A stretch of 63,452 nucleotides of DNA, filler included, from Chrysochromulina tobinii (lineage: Eukaryota), in assembly GCA_001275005.1 (NCBI GenBank). It is 4 parts of 4 records of this genome, joined end to end, with 100 filler letters (N's around TTAATTAATTAA, not from the genome) between each part and the next. Parts side by side here need not be neighbours in the genome. Positions count along the whole stretch, not along the records: positions 1 to 23,560 come from JWZX01001356.1; positions 23,661 to 34,754 come from JWZX01001357.1; 2 more parts are not named here. The stretch is one strand, 5' to 3'. Shown in pieces: positions 21,220-32,915 of the stretch. Position 1 is the stretch's first letter. The number at the start of each line of letters is the position of its first letter. The position numbers and the translations under genes are program-made. A model generated the notes under the pieces. It saw only the letters and a list, made by a program, of their open reading frames with translations. It ran no database searches and was not told the DNA's origin.

Positions 21220-22593
21220 ATGAGCGATTCCCCGGAGATGGAGTCCCGTGCCGAGAAGATGACCAAAGAGCTGGATCCGCCGGGGGCGGGTTCTTTATGT
21301 TCCCCAGCATCCACAGCGGCCAGGCTCGCGCTCAAGATTTGGGTCCTTGACCAGCCGATCTTGGCATGCCTGCACATCTTTCTGCCGTTTGCAATCGTCT
21401 GCAAAACCACGATGCAAGAGGAGGATGCTAAGAGTGAGGCGATCACGTTCTTGACCTGCCTGCTGGCGGTCGTGCCGCTCGCAGAGCGCCTCGGGTACGC
21501 GACCGAGCAGGTGGGTGCTTACACGGGAGACGTTGCGTCGGGTCTGCTAAATGCCTCGTTTGGAAACGTGCCAGAGCTTGTCGTGACCATCATTGCGATC
21601 AAGCAGGGCCTGGAGCTTGTCGCCATCCAGATGCTCATCGGCGGCGTACTTTCATGTCTGCTGCTCGTGACCGGCCTCTCCGCTTCCATCGGCGGCCTCA
21701 AGCACAAGGTGCAGCACTACAACACCGCCAACTCATCCACGCTGATCAGCATGGTTCTGATCATCGCCACCTTCGCGGGCCTGATCACGATGGCGGAGAG
21801 GTACGGTGCGGGGTTCGACACGCCTCAGCAGCACGGGATGCCAGGCGCGCTCGCCGCATCGCGCGCGCTCGCAGTCGTGGGCATGATCGTCTACATCATG
21901 TACCTCGTGTATTCGCTGGGGACGCACAAGGAAATGTTTGACGAAAAGGACGGCGAGCACGATGGCGGCGATGAGGAGCCCGAGCTATCGGCGTTGGCGG
22001 CGATTTGCATGATGGGTGCGCTCGTCGCTCTCATCTCATACTTGTCTGACGGCCTTGTCGACGCAATTGACGGCGCGGCTGAGCACAGTGGCATCCCGTC
22101 GCTGATCCTATGCGCATTGATCATTCCGAACGTAAGTAACGCGCTCGAGCACGCCGTCTCCATCCAGATGGCGTGGAAGGGCCGGCTGGATGCGTCGATC
22201 GCGACCTCCGTTGGCTCTGCCGCGCAGCTCGCCATCTTCTTCATCCCGTTTGCCATCCTCGCCGACTGGGTCGCGGGCGGCTACATCGGCTTTGGCATGG
22301 AGCCAATCCTGGTCGGCGCGCTCGCGATCAGCGCCCTGTTCGCGGAGATCGTGCTCTCGTCGGGGCGCTGCACGTGGATGCACGGCGTGCTGCTCCTCAC
22401 GACGTACGGCGCTATCATGGGCGCCTTCTGGCTTTCAGCGAGCATCGCGCCCAGACAGGTGTTCGACGGCGACGATGTCACAATCGTGCGTGCTGCATGG
22501 GTCAAGAGTGCGACTGTCACAACCCATAATGCTGGCGATGTCCCTAAGGCAACCCTCGCCCAGCAGCAGCCTTTTGCCCTGATACCAACGTAG
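21220..22593 (+). CDS. CAX: Ca2+/H+ exchanger (CAX family)
   Basis: PLAERLGYATEQV, GLLNASFGNVPE, acidic central loop, SNALEH, SVGSAAQLAIF; many TM segments. Confidence 0.9.
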   Translation: MSDSPEMESRAEKMTKELDPPGAGSLCSPASTAARLALKIWVLDQPILACLHIFLPFAIVCKTTMQEEDAKSEAITFLTCLLAVVPLAERLGYATEQVGAYTGDVASGLLNASFGNVPELVVTIIAIKQGLELVAIQMLIGGVLSCLLLVTGLSASIGGLKHKVQHYNTANSSTLISMVLIIATFAGLITMAERYGAGFDTPQQHGMPGALAASRALAVVGMIVYIMYLVYSLGTHKEMFDEKDGEHDGGDEEPELSALAAICMMGALVALISYLSDGLVDAIDGAAEHSGIPSLILCALIIPNVSNALEHAVSIQMAWKGRLDASIATSVGSAAQLAIFFIPFAILADWVAGGYIGFGMEPILVGALAISALFAEIVLSSGRCTWMHGVLLLTTYGAIMGAFWLSASIAPRQVFDGDDVTIVRAAWVKSATVTTHNAGDVPKATLAQQQPFALIPT

Positions 22594-23560
22594 CGATTCT
22601 TGAACTCAACGACTGATGCGAATGCCTGAAGTCACTCGGTCTCGCGCTCTCGCCTCTCGCCGTCTCGCGTTGTCTGCATACGGTCATTGTCCAACGCATA
22701 GTCCGATTAAGGCCGCTGTAACCGTACGTGATAACGTTCATCTAACGTTCATCTCTTTAACAACACAAGACTTTCATCATTAAACAACGTTAACGTCGTG
22801 GTACGTGGAACTCAAAGTGCCACCCTCGACCGTCCGCATCAGCCAGATCACATGTACACATCGCAGATCGCACCGCGAGGCCATACGGCGCCATGCGGCC
22901 ATGGCATAACATAACGTTGTAGAGCGGCCCACGTGACGCGCCATACCAACGCGTGTAGGCCCATCGCATAGGCATAGACTTCCGCACACCGTCACCGACA
23001 TCGTAGTGGATATTGGCTTAGCGTCCACATGCGCCTCGAACATGCGCCCCTCTCTAGGGCCCTCTCTCTCTCTCGTGTTTGCTATTGCTTTTTCGCTTGT
23101 CTTAGAGAGGAGACTCGACTATTGTCGTGCGCGCGTGCGCGTCCGCGCGGTGGCCCACTGGAGGGACGGGCGGACGGCCGATGAGCACGACGGTGCGTGT
23201 CGTGTGGTCCGGCGTCGGGTGTTGCCCAGCGGGGCGGGGCTACAACCCAGGGCTACAACCTACATCCCGTAGCGCGTTGCGCGTAAGCGGAAAGTGGTGC
23301 GCTTCTATTATTGTCTGAATGACTATACGACGCGGTCCGGGGCGGACACGCGGGACGCCAGGGCGTGGGTCGACCACAGGCCTACTGCCGGTCGCGCATG
23401 TCGGCCGCAATGGGTCGGCACCACTAGTCGCGGACCGACGGGGGGGCGCGTCCCCTCGTGGGGCAACTTTTACAACTTGATTACGAACTAGGCAGCAGCA
23501 AGGCAGTCAAATAATGCACATAATGCAAGGGTACCAATCGACAGATCTCGGCACGTAGGC

Positions 23561-23660
23561 NNNNNNNNNNNNNNNNNNNNNNNNNNNNNNNNNNNNNNNN
23601 NNNNTTAATTAATTAANNNNNNNNNNNNNNNNNNNNNNNNNNNNNNNNNNNNNNNNNNNN
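23561..23660. other. Assembly gap with artificial TTAATTAATTAA linker
   Basis: 44 N + TTAATTAATTAA (23605-23616) + 44 N. Confidence 0.98.
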
Positions 23661-26600
23661 CCAGCCCACCTCCATCGCCTCCACCGCCATCGCCACCACC
23701 GTCGCCACCTCCTCCATCTCCACCGCCATCGCCACCTCCACCCTCGCCGCCCCCACCCTCGCCGCCTCCGCCGTCACCTCCTCCGTCGCCACCTCCGCCG
23801 TCGCCGCCACCTCCTTCGCCTCCACCGTCGCCACCTCCGCCGTCACCACCTCCGCCTCTTCCTCCGCCCCCGTCACCACCTCCACCGTCGCCGCCACTGG
23901 CTGTGGAGATTGTCACCGAGCTTGCCCTCGACCCCACGACCACCGCGACTTTGAGTCTCAGCCAGCTTGTCTCAGGCGTGGGCGGTGTATCCAGCGGAAC
24001 CCCGGGAGCAACAACGTCCGTGGGAGTCGTGCAGACCTCGTCGATCGCAATCGCCGGTGCACCGCCAACCTGCGCCCTCAGAGCGGCACTGATTGCTCAG
24101 TTGTGTGCGGGCAGAGCTACGTGCACTATTACCCTCGAGGGTCTGAATTGCGATGCGCCGCCCAGTGGGCGGCGCCGCTCGGAGCAGACTGCACCTGTGG
24201 AGCGCCGGATATTGAGCAGCGACGCAGACTTTGGAGTCCGCACCTCATTGGTTGCGTCCGACTCGTTGCAGGGCGTCGCGGTGAACACAAATGCGCTTGC
24301 TGAGGCCGCTGGACTTGCTCCAGGCTCTCCGAGCTCGACGGTAGCAGTTCAATCGACTGCGATTACGCTCACTGTGACGCTGCCGGGCAGCCTGTCAGCA
24401 GCCACGTCGCTCATGGACGGTGCCCTAGACGAGACGTCGCTCACCAACAACATTGCGGGCAATCTGGGCATTTCTCCGTCGGCGGTGGCGATCACACAGT
24501 TGCCAAGAGCCATAACGCCACCGCTCGCCCCCCCCCGCCGCCGCCAGCTCCTCCCCAGGCACCAACTCCGCAAAGGCCACCACCGATCTCGCCGGCACCG
24601 TTGCCGCCGTGCCCCCGAGTCCCCCCGAGTCCTCCACCGCCATCGCCCCCACTCCCACCAGCACCTCTTGGTGGCTGGTCACCACCACCACCTCGTCCGC
24701 CGCCTCCGCCATGCCGCCCGCCGCCACCAAGAAGGCCGCCTCCGTCACCCAAAGCCCCGCCGAGCCCCCCTCCTCCGAGAATCCCGCCGCCAGGGAAGCC
24801 GCCGTCCTCGCCATCACCGATGCCGCCGGTCCCACCATCAATGCCACCACGCATGTGCCACCCAGTGTATGGCAACGGCGACTGCTCTGAGTTCGACTTT
24901 TGCAGTAATCACGGCGTTTGCCACAAGGGCAAGTGTCTTTGCCGTGCGGGCTATGGTGGCCGCTCGTGCGAGCGACAAGCTGTTTGTCACTTTTGGGATG
25001 TCACCACCAGCCAATGGCGCCAGGAGGGCGTTCGAACGCTGGACTCACCAATCGAGGTGGGCACGTCGGGCGCCGTGCGTTGCGCTATCAGCCAGTTTCC
25101 AGTCGCAGCAACGGAGTACGCGGCGTTGTGGTCCTTGCCACCACCCGGGCCGACATCGCTGATCCAAAGCATCTTTTTGGCCTCGGGCGACGTAGACGAC
25201 TTTGACTTTCCACGGCGCGCCGGCATCCGCGCGGCTATTGCAAATGCAGCTGGATCAGGCATTACCTTGAATGACGTGGCCCTAAACGTGCAGCCGGCCT
25301 CAGTGAGAGTGACTGTTCTGATCACCGTCCCGGTTGTCAGCGCCAACACCATCACCCGGACGCTCGCACTGGGGATTTTTTCGAGCCCGTTTGCGCTCCA
25401 GGAAGCTCTCAGCGCCGCTGGCGTGACTGGAATGACTGTCACGTCGATAGAGACTGCCCCACAGGTGGGGGTACCCGAACAAAACCTCAGTGTCGAGGAG
25501 AGCATCCAGCTCGCCCAAGAATTGGCCGATAACCCGGTCGCAATCACGGTCCTCATCTTGCTCATCCTTGACTTGGCTCACCTTCGCCTCGCGTGGTACC
25601 TTGGCAAGCGCGGTCTGTCGCGGGTCGGGCTGATCGGGCTGCTCAAGGAGGACCGGACCAGGTGGAAGGAGGAGCGGATCAAGAGAAAAGCTGAGCTCGA
25701 GAGGAAGAAAGCTGAGCTCGTCATCCACCCGACTGCTGCCAGCAAGAAGGGCAAGAAGGCACAGCTGGCCCTCAAGGGCCCTGAGGAAGTGAAACATAAG
25801 AACCCAACGCTTTCGGCGCACTTTGAAATTATGGGGGACGTCGCCACCTTCGATGATGGAGCCCTGCTCCGGCGTCTTGCCACACTCCTCGGCGTCGAAG
25901 ACTCGGCCATCGGAGCAACCCTCACTTCTGGCGCTGATGCGACCACGGTGGTCATCGATGCAGAGATCGAGTGCCCCGACGCAACCACGCTTGTCATGGC
26001 AGCTAAGACCCTCAAAAAGAGTGTTCAGCCTCTCGGCGTGGCACTGGGAGTCAAGTTTGTCGCCAAGCCGCAGGTTGATGTCGCTGCAGTCGACGAGGCA
26101 GACTTGGCAGCGGCGAGCCTAGGCCCGAAGCAGGCTGCTGATCCCGAGAAGAGGTATGAGAAGATGGCCGAAAAGATGGTGCCGACGATCCAGGAGCGTA
26201 TTCCTTCCATGGTTGGTCGTGGTATCGGCGCAGGCCTCGGAGGCCTCGGCGCAGGCATCGGGGGGCTCGGCGCAAGTATCGGCGCAGGCATGACCCAGCT
26301 TCCTGCAGGGATGGCCAGCGCACGAATGCTTCCGCCTTCCACGTCCCTCTGCGGTGGGCGCATGCCCCTCCCGTCATCCGCGTCGAACATGCTTGGCGGT
26401 CCTGCCCGATTACCCGTTCCAGGAACACAGCTGCCGGGTGGGATTCAGGAGCGCATTCCATTTTCGGGCATCGCCGGTGCGGCAACCAGGAGTAAGACAA
26501 ATCTTCGCCAGCGCAGTGCGCAGGCAATGGCGTCCTCCGGCCAGCGTCCACCCAGTGCGGGCGCGCCCAGTGCGGGGTACATGAGCAGTGCCCTCGTAGC

Positions 26601-27666
26601 ACCGGCAAATCTGCTTGGCGGCCTCGGCCTGACCATGAGCGCCGAGGGCGTCTTGCCGAACACGATTCGCATGCCCGCAACAGATGGCATCCAGGAACGC
26701 CTTCCTGCGATGCCTGGGCTTCGGCGGCCTCGGGACGGCTTGCCCCGAAGCACGCGCGCCCCCACAGGGATTCAGGGTCCGGTGCAAGGCATCCAGGAGC
26801 GCATTCCCGCAATGCCTCGTCCGAAACCAAGCGTCCCGCCAGTGTCGCCGCCTCCTTCTCCACCCGAGGGAACTCTAAAGTCCGTGCTCGAGTCCAAGTC
26901 CGGACTAAAGTTGGACACGCGCCTACAAACTGTCAGCAAGGTGCTGCCCAACAATCCCATGGCGAAGCCCGAGCCCCCCCTGGCGTCCGAACCACCAGTA
27001 TGGGAGATGCGCAGCCATCAAGAGATTATCTTCGGGGCTCTGCGCGAGCATACCCTGGTGTCCGCAGTGACGTCGACGCTTTATGGTGACAGGCCCAATC
27101 TCTCGAGCGTGGCGCAGGCCGCGCAGTTGCTGTGGTGCACGCTCCTTGGCTCGCTGTACCTCTCGACCGTCCAGTTGCGGTACGCATGGCTTGGCGCCAC
27201 ATGGAATCCAGCCACTGACAGTTTGCCTGACGGATCGAAGCCAGAGCTCAGCGATCGCCTGAGGAATGTCTCCTCAGTAGCGATGGCTGCAGCTATTGTG
27301 TGCTGTACCTGCATCCTGGGCGCGCGCTGGCTCTTTCTGCTCGCCAATCGCGTCAGCACGGTGCTACCCGAGCAGCAAGGCAAACTCATCTATAACTACA
27401 TGTGGAGCATCGTCGGCCTCGTTTGCGCATCCCTGGCCATCGGAGCTGTGTCCATGTCGGCCAACATGGACGTCACGAGTGCGCGCGAGGACATTATCGT
27501 CGGCTGGATTCTGGCTATCATCGTGCAGTGGCTACTCATAGAGCCACTGATGGTCGCGGTGCTCGCCAGCTGCGGGCTGCTGCTCAAGTGGCTCACCACG
27601 TTTGATGACGTGGTCATTTTGCCTGAGGCCCCGGCCACCAAGAATGTCAAGGCCAAGCCCCAATGA
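23661..27666 (+). CDS. Large Pro/Ser-rich cell-surface protein with EGF-like domain, GPS-like motif and C-terminal multi-TM region (PKD1/REJ-like); 5' truncated, frameshift at C9 run 24528-24536
   Basis: PPPSPPP repeats; CSNHGVCHKGKCLCRAGYGGRSC; CHFWDVTTSQWRQEGV...VRC; TM ITVLILLILDL; LREHTLVS followed by about four TMs. Confidence 0.7.
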
Positions 27667-28344
27667 ACAGCGTCTCACGGACTGCTTACACGTTTGTTCT
27701 ACATGCCTATCCGATCCGAGAGATGAATTTTTATACTTAGAATCCCCTCCCGACAGTGTGACGTGTACGCGCGGAGATGCAACCGCTGCCCGTGAGCCGT
27801 GTCTGTGAGACTCTTCGCATGTGAAATCGACTAAAATCGAGTGTATATCCTTCAGTTTATCGAATGACGAATCCCCAATCGCACGGGGGCGGAGTCCAGT
27901 GCGCACCGCACGCGGAGAGATCTCTCATCTCGCACTCCGCTTGGCCTTGGGCCTCTGGTGCGGCGGTGTGGGTTCGTTATGCCAACTCGATATGCCAACT
28001 TCCTCACAGCCACGCACTCGGCACTCTCGGAACGTACGGGCAAGGGAGGGAGGAGATCGCCTCGCTCTCACCCCCAGATCATCTGTCACCCTCGCCTCGT
28101 GAGGGCGCACTTGCATTCCACAAACTCGCCACGCCGCCCCAGCCATCGCCTTCCCACGTAGTGTTTGCCACTGACCATTGTGAAGGCCATTGTGTTGGAT
28201 TGTGATTGAAATCCCATCTTGAGCTCGAGGGCCATTGTGATTGATTTCCCATCTTGAGCACGAGGACGAGGCGATTGGAATTGATTGACATCGTGATCGC
28301 CACTGTGATTGGCATCTCGAAGCTCGCACCGCGAGACGGATCGC

Positions 28345-31029
28345 TTACCCGGCGCAGCTGGCGCAGCCGCCCTCGTCGCCGCCGCCGCCGCCGCCGCCGC
28401 AGCCGCCGCCGCAGCCGCCGCAGCCGCCGCAGCCACCGCAACCGCTACCCTTGTTGCGATCGTCCTCACTGAGGTCTTGCGCACCACACGCCATCCAAAA
28501 GCTGAGAGAGAGTGTGGGTACTCCGGCTGCGGCGATGAGCAGATTTGAGTTTAGCGGTGTAGAATCATAGTTGGAATCATAGTTGGTCGCGAGCGGTGTC
28601 ATGCATTTCGCTACCTTCTGGCAGATCTGCAGCGTGATGCACGTGCCGAGCACGAGCGCAATCAGCGCCGCGTGCTCCGCCACTCGGGCAATGGCTGCAT
28701 CGGCGCTGCCGAGCATCGTCTCAGCGTCGCCGCTCAGGTCGGTGATGGTGATGGCGCCGGTGAGCAGATTAGCCGTCACGAGGGTGTGCCCCGGGCGAAG
28801 GATCCTGATCTCGCCGTACGCGTTCTCCCCGCTGCCAACCGTCGTTACCGTCGCCAACATTTCCGGCTGGCCCTGGCGTGACGGATCAAGCTCGTGAAGC
28901 TGCACGACAAATTCTCCATTGGCCCTCCTGGTTCCCCGGGTGCCCTTGAGCCCCGGCGTGTTCCCGACGGGCCTTCTGCCAGGAATACCCGGCGCGCCGG
29001 GGTGAAAGTTCTGCCACGAACAGAGGGCGAGCATCGCATCGGAACCGCTGCTCGTCACGAGCAACCCGACGTCGCTCGTCCGGCCGTCCTGCGTGTAAAC
29101 TTTGCGGGTCTCAGGATCGATCCTCGCGAGCGGCCGGACCCACCGATTCTGGCCAAACACCAAGGGAATCGCGAGCCTACCGCGGGGATCGCGCTTGGGA
29201 ACGGTGGCAGAGTCGACGAGCCGCGCGGCGGCGAGCTCGTTGCCCGCGGCGTCCATCACCTGCACACACGACGCGTCGAGGCTGGCTCCCTCCGCGTGGA
29301 CCACCTTCAGTGTGAACGGAGCGACGTCGCGCTTGAGATTGCCTTTGACCACGCGCTCGCAGACGAGTGCATGCGTCGCCGCCTTGAGGCTGGTTGCCGC
29401 CTTGGCCTTGGCCGAGCCGTCGACTGGCGTCAGAGTCACCATCTCGCCGCCTGGCATGAGCAACACCTCCGGGACGGGCGCGAAGCTGCCCGGCTGCAGC
29501 AGGTAGTTCCACGCGCAGCTCGCCGGCTCGGCAGCGCAGCACAGGCACCTGCTGGCGGCTTCCTCTATCTCCACAAGGCCCTCGAGCGCCCGCGCGATTT
29601 CGGGAGCTGTCTGCGGCATCGGCGGCGGCGGCTGGCCGCGGTACATGCCGCCGTCGATTGCCCAGCCGTGCTCGAAGGCCTCATGCCACATCTGGCGCGT
29701 TGCATCGGCGGACGTGGCCAGCTTCGCGCCGGGCGTGCGGTCGTTGACCGAGTCATCGTGGTCGAGCAGCCGGCCGAAGAGCGCGGTCGTGTCGGCGACG
29801 TAGGATGGCTGCAGCTGGTGCGCATGCCACACGACGTCGATGTCGTACGTTGGCACGAGGAACTTGCCCGGGTTGCGCCGGCGCAGCTCGAGGAAGCAGA
29901 GGTAGCGGGCGACCGCACGCTGTAGGAAGGGCGTCTCGAGGTAATGCGGCAGGCTCACCTGGTAATTGAAGACGTTCTGGCGCTCCACCGCCGCGGCGAT
30001 GTCGTAGCCGATCTTGGAGACGAAGGCGGTCGTGTCTGCGCTGGGCGGCGCCTCCTTGCGCGCGGCGGGGCCCCGCGGCGCCCACGGGACCCAAAAGGGC
30101 TCGTGGCCAAGGCCATGGCTCTCGCAGAAGGCTGCCCATCGTTGCGCGGATGCGGCGAACTCGGCGTCCGTGTACGCCAGGCCGGCCCTTGCGCGATCGA
30201 GGCCGATCCCGGCTGGCCAGGTGCGGCGCTGCCAAGTCGACGGCAGGCGGGTGGGCACGGAGCGAAAGAGGGCCGTGCAGTCCTCCACGTAGTGCTCAGG
30301 CGCCAGTTGATGGCAGAGCCACACCCACGATACGTCCGGGGGCGGCACAAGCATTGAGAGGTCTTTCTCAGCGACCGCCATTGCTGCGAGGGGCATCCAT
30401 ATTGTCTCATAGCGCCGCAGCGCATGCGTGAGCTCGGCCCCCTTGCGGAGGAGGCACGCCGGCACGGAGCGCAGCAGGTATTGCAGATCCTCCGTCGCAA
30501 CCAGCAGCTCGGCCGCTGACAGAGAGAGCGTGACGTCGGGCGGTGGTGCGAGCGTGGGCCGAACGCTCCCGTTCGGGCGCTGGACGGTGATGGTCACGGT
30601 GCCGCCGCTCGCCGTGAGGATCGCGATGGCTTGCTCGACCGAGGCAATCGTCTCGCCATCGATGCTATCTATCAGGTCGCCCCGTCTCAGCCCGGCAGGC
30701 TCCAGGTCATCTTGGAGAAAGACTCGGTATTTCTGCGTCAAGTCGCCTCTCTGTACGTTGATGCCATCCAGACGTTCTCCTGCCTCCTTGCGTGTGGTGG
30801 CGGTGACGATCGTCTCACCCGAAGCGTTGACATGCTTCGTATGCCGCCATTTGGCCGCTGGCACCAGCTGCCCCGCCGGGACTGCAACTGACGACGGGGT
30901 TTGGGCGAAGATGCCTGCCACACCCATTATTTTTGGCGAGAAGAGGCCGGCGACTTCCATTATTTTAGGAACCGTAGTAAACTCGACGCGCCGCGATGCG
31001 CGAAACTTGGACTTTTGAAACGTCTTCAT
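28345..31029 (-). CDS. Glycine-rich domain-containing protein (GRDP/DUF1399 family) with N-terminal PDZ-like domain
   Basis: AGLRRGDLIDSIDG; VPPPDVSWVWLCHQLAP; LVPTYDIDVVWHAHQLQP; LDHDDSVNDR; C-terminal GCGGCGG tail; start codon uncertain. Confidence 0.85.
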   Translation of the reverse strand: MKTFQKSKFRASRRVEFTTVPKIMEVAGLFSPKIMGVAGIFAQTPSSVAVPAGQLVPAAKWRHTKHVNASGETIVTATTRKEAGERLDGINVQRGDLTQKYRVFLQDDLEPAGLRRGDLIDSIDGETIASVEQAIAILTASGGTVTITVQRPNGSVRPTLAPPPDVTLSLSAAELLVATEDLQYLLRSVPACLLRKGAELTHALRRYETIWMPLAAMAVAEKDLSMLVPPPDVSWVWLCHQLAPEHYVEDCTALFRSVPTRLPSTWQRRTWPAGIGLDRARAGLAYTDAEFAASAQRWAAFCESHGLGHEPFWVPWAPRGPAARKEAPPSADTTAFVSKIGYDIAAAVERQNVFNYQVSLPHYLETPFLQRAVARYLCFLELRRRNPGKFLVPTYDIDVVWHAHQLQPSYVADTTALFGRLLDHDDSVNDRTPGAKLATSADATRQMWHEAFEHGWAIDGGMYRGQPPPPMPQTAPEIARALEGLVEIEEAASRCLCCAAEPASCAWNYLLQPGSFAPVPEVLLMPGGEMVTLTPVDGSAKAKAATSLKAATHALVCERVVKGNLKRDVAPFTLKVVHAEGASLDASCVQVMDAAGNELAAARLVDSATVPKRDPRGRLAIPLVFGQNRWVRPLARIDPETRKVYTQDGRTSDVGLLVTSSGSDAMLALCSWQNFHPGAPGIPGRRPVGNTPGLKGTRGTRRANGEFVVQLHELDPSRQGQPEMLATVTTVGSGENAYGEIRILRPGHTLVTANLLTGAITITDLSGDAETMLGSADAAIARVAEHAALIALVLGTCITLQICQKVAKCMTPLATNYDSNYDSTPLNSNLLIAAAGVPTLSLSFWMACGAQDLSEDDRNKGSGCGGCGGCGGCGGGCGGGGGGGDEGGCASCAG

Positions 31030-31574
31030 CGCAACATAAATAACCGCGACAGCGGAAGGCGGGCGCGCTCATTTCTAGTTTGCACGACCACACCAAGCGG
31101 CAAGGACGAACTGGACCAATAGCGCCCGCCGGCCGCGCGCCCAGACTAGCGACGAGGCGACCGGTAGCGGTACCGGGAGACCGGGAACCGGCGCGAGCAC
31201 TGCGCGCGCACGGGTCCGACGACTCTGGCGAGGCGGTGGAGGGCGCGGCGCGAGCGCCGCGCGCATGGTCTCAAGCAGCAGTGTGATATTTTTGGGCTGA
31301 TTCCTCTATAGTCTAAGGGTCGAGCGCTGAGGACTATAGGGTTCTCGACGGACGAGGGTCGGGTCGCTAGCTCGTTCGACCGCGGAGCGCCGGAGGTCCC
31401 GCTCTCCCGCGTCGGGCGAGAAGACAAATCTGGAGCAGAAGATAAACCATACATTGAGCCCTGGCCTCGACAACTCGACAGGAAAGAGGGAACTCGACAG
31501 GAACTCGACATCTCCCAAACAAAGCATTGACATGTCCAAACAAAGCGTTGACATGTACTGGCCTGCAGAGACCT

Positions 31575-32703
31575 TCACAAATCGTCTTGGGCGTCTAAGT
31601 GTTTAGCGGGCATCTTCGGTTGCGGCGGTGCCCCAGAAATCCAACTCGACGTGCCCACGCCCGTGCCGTCAAAGTTGCGCGAGAACCCGTCGCTCGGGTC
31701 GACGGGCGGCTCATCTGCGGCTTGGTACATGGTGGTGGGCGCTCCGAAACCGTCTTCATCGGGCGGCGCCACGGGCACGGGCGCGAGGGCACGAGTCGCC
31801 TCGTTCGAACGTAAAAAGTACACAGCCAGGCACACCGAAGCCCACCTGCGACAGTCCGCGGCAGGAGGCGCACATCGGCAGGTGAGCCCGGCGACACACG
31901 AAGAGCACGGCGACACACGAGGAGGTACAAGAAGGGCGCTGTAATGGGCGTAGGGGCGCTCACGTGGCGGCAAAGCCATTCATTGTGCTAATGAAGCTTG
32001 TAGGTACGAAGGAGAAGGCAATGGCCTGCGCCCACCACAGCGCGAGGGAGAGCGCAAAGGCGAGGCGGTGGGTGGTGGCCTCCTCAAAGAGGAGGTATAC
32101 GCTGCACATGATGAATGAGACGAGACCCACGATGAGCGCCCACGCCTTGACCGCAGGGTGCTCCCACGAAGCCTGGCCAAGCGCGACCGCGGCCGTGATC
32201 CATACGGCCGTCGACGTGAGCGCGAGGTAGCTCAGAATGGTTCTCTCCTTGGGAGCGCCGCGCGCGAGCGCCTGCAGCTGCGTGACCGCATGGTCGAAGG
32301 GCGGCACGTGCGCGCGGCACAGCTGGAAGGCGCCCATCACGCCTGCCACGCTGCTAAACCAGCCGTTGCACAGCCCTTGGAATGGGCCGACGAAGGTCAT
32401 CACGAAGGTGGCGGGCATCCACCACACGAGCAACATCAGCGAGAGGTGCGGGAGCCCCTCGTGGAGGCGCGGCGAAATCGCTTGTGCGAGCGGCTCCGCG
32501 AAGAGCACAAGCGCGACGGGCGCGACGAGCATGAGAGAAACTGCGCCGACGACGACGGCGTAATTCACGAGGCCGTCGCCGCCTGTTGTCCGCAAGCTCG
32601 CGGCGAGCAGCTCGAAAGCGGACGCCAGCATGAGCGCCACCGTCGCACTGATCGGTTCCACCGAGGGCACGTCTTCCGACGGGGGAGGCTCCATCGTCGG
32701 CAT
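31575..32703 (-). CDS. Multi-pass membrane protein of unknown function, two exons (intron 31846-31963)
   Basis: Two similar hydrophobic halves (LLVWW..NGWFS / LALWW..NGFAAT|W); GTGAGC...CGCAG intron preserves the frame. Confidence 0.7.
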
Positions 32704-32915
32704 GCGCCCTTGGGCGGCGACTCACACTTTCACGAAGCGGACCTTTTGTTTGACGATTCGGATGACTCCGGTTGTTTACGATGATGGACGATCTGAAACT
32801 TGCGTGCTTACGGATACAGTACAGGTGGTTTCGAAACTTAGGCAGCCGACGGAACTTTGAACTCTGCGTTCTCCGCGATACGAGCTACGTTTGTCGCAAA
32901 CACGACGCGTGGACG

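Noticed and set aside
23561..23660. Palindromic TTAATTAATTAA repeated three times in the window (also 34799 and 48518)
   Set aside because: Each sits between fixed-length N runs; it is an artificial six-frame stop linker
24528..24536. Frameshift in the Pro-rich surface protein as programmed slippage
   Set aside because: Falls in a C9 homopolymer; a sequencing miscount is the simplest explanation
28175..28320. Degenerate short repeats (CCATTGTG, CCCATCTTGAGC); similar patch at 31480-31560
   Set aside because: Low-complexity 3'-flank duplications with no TIR, TSD or regular period
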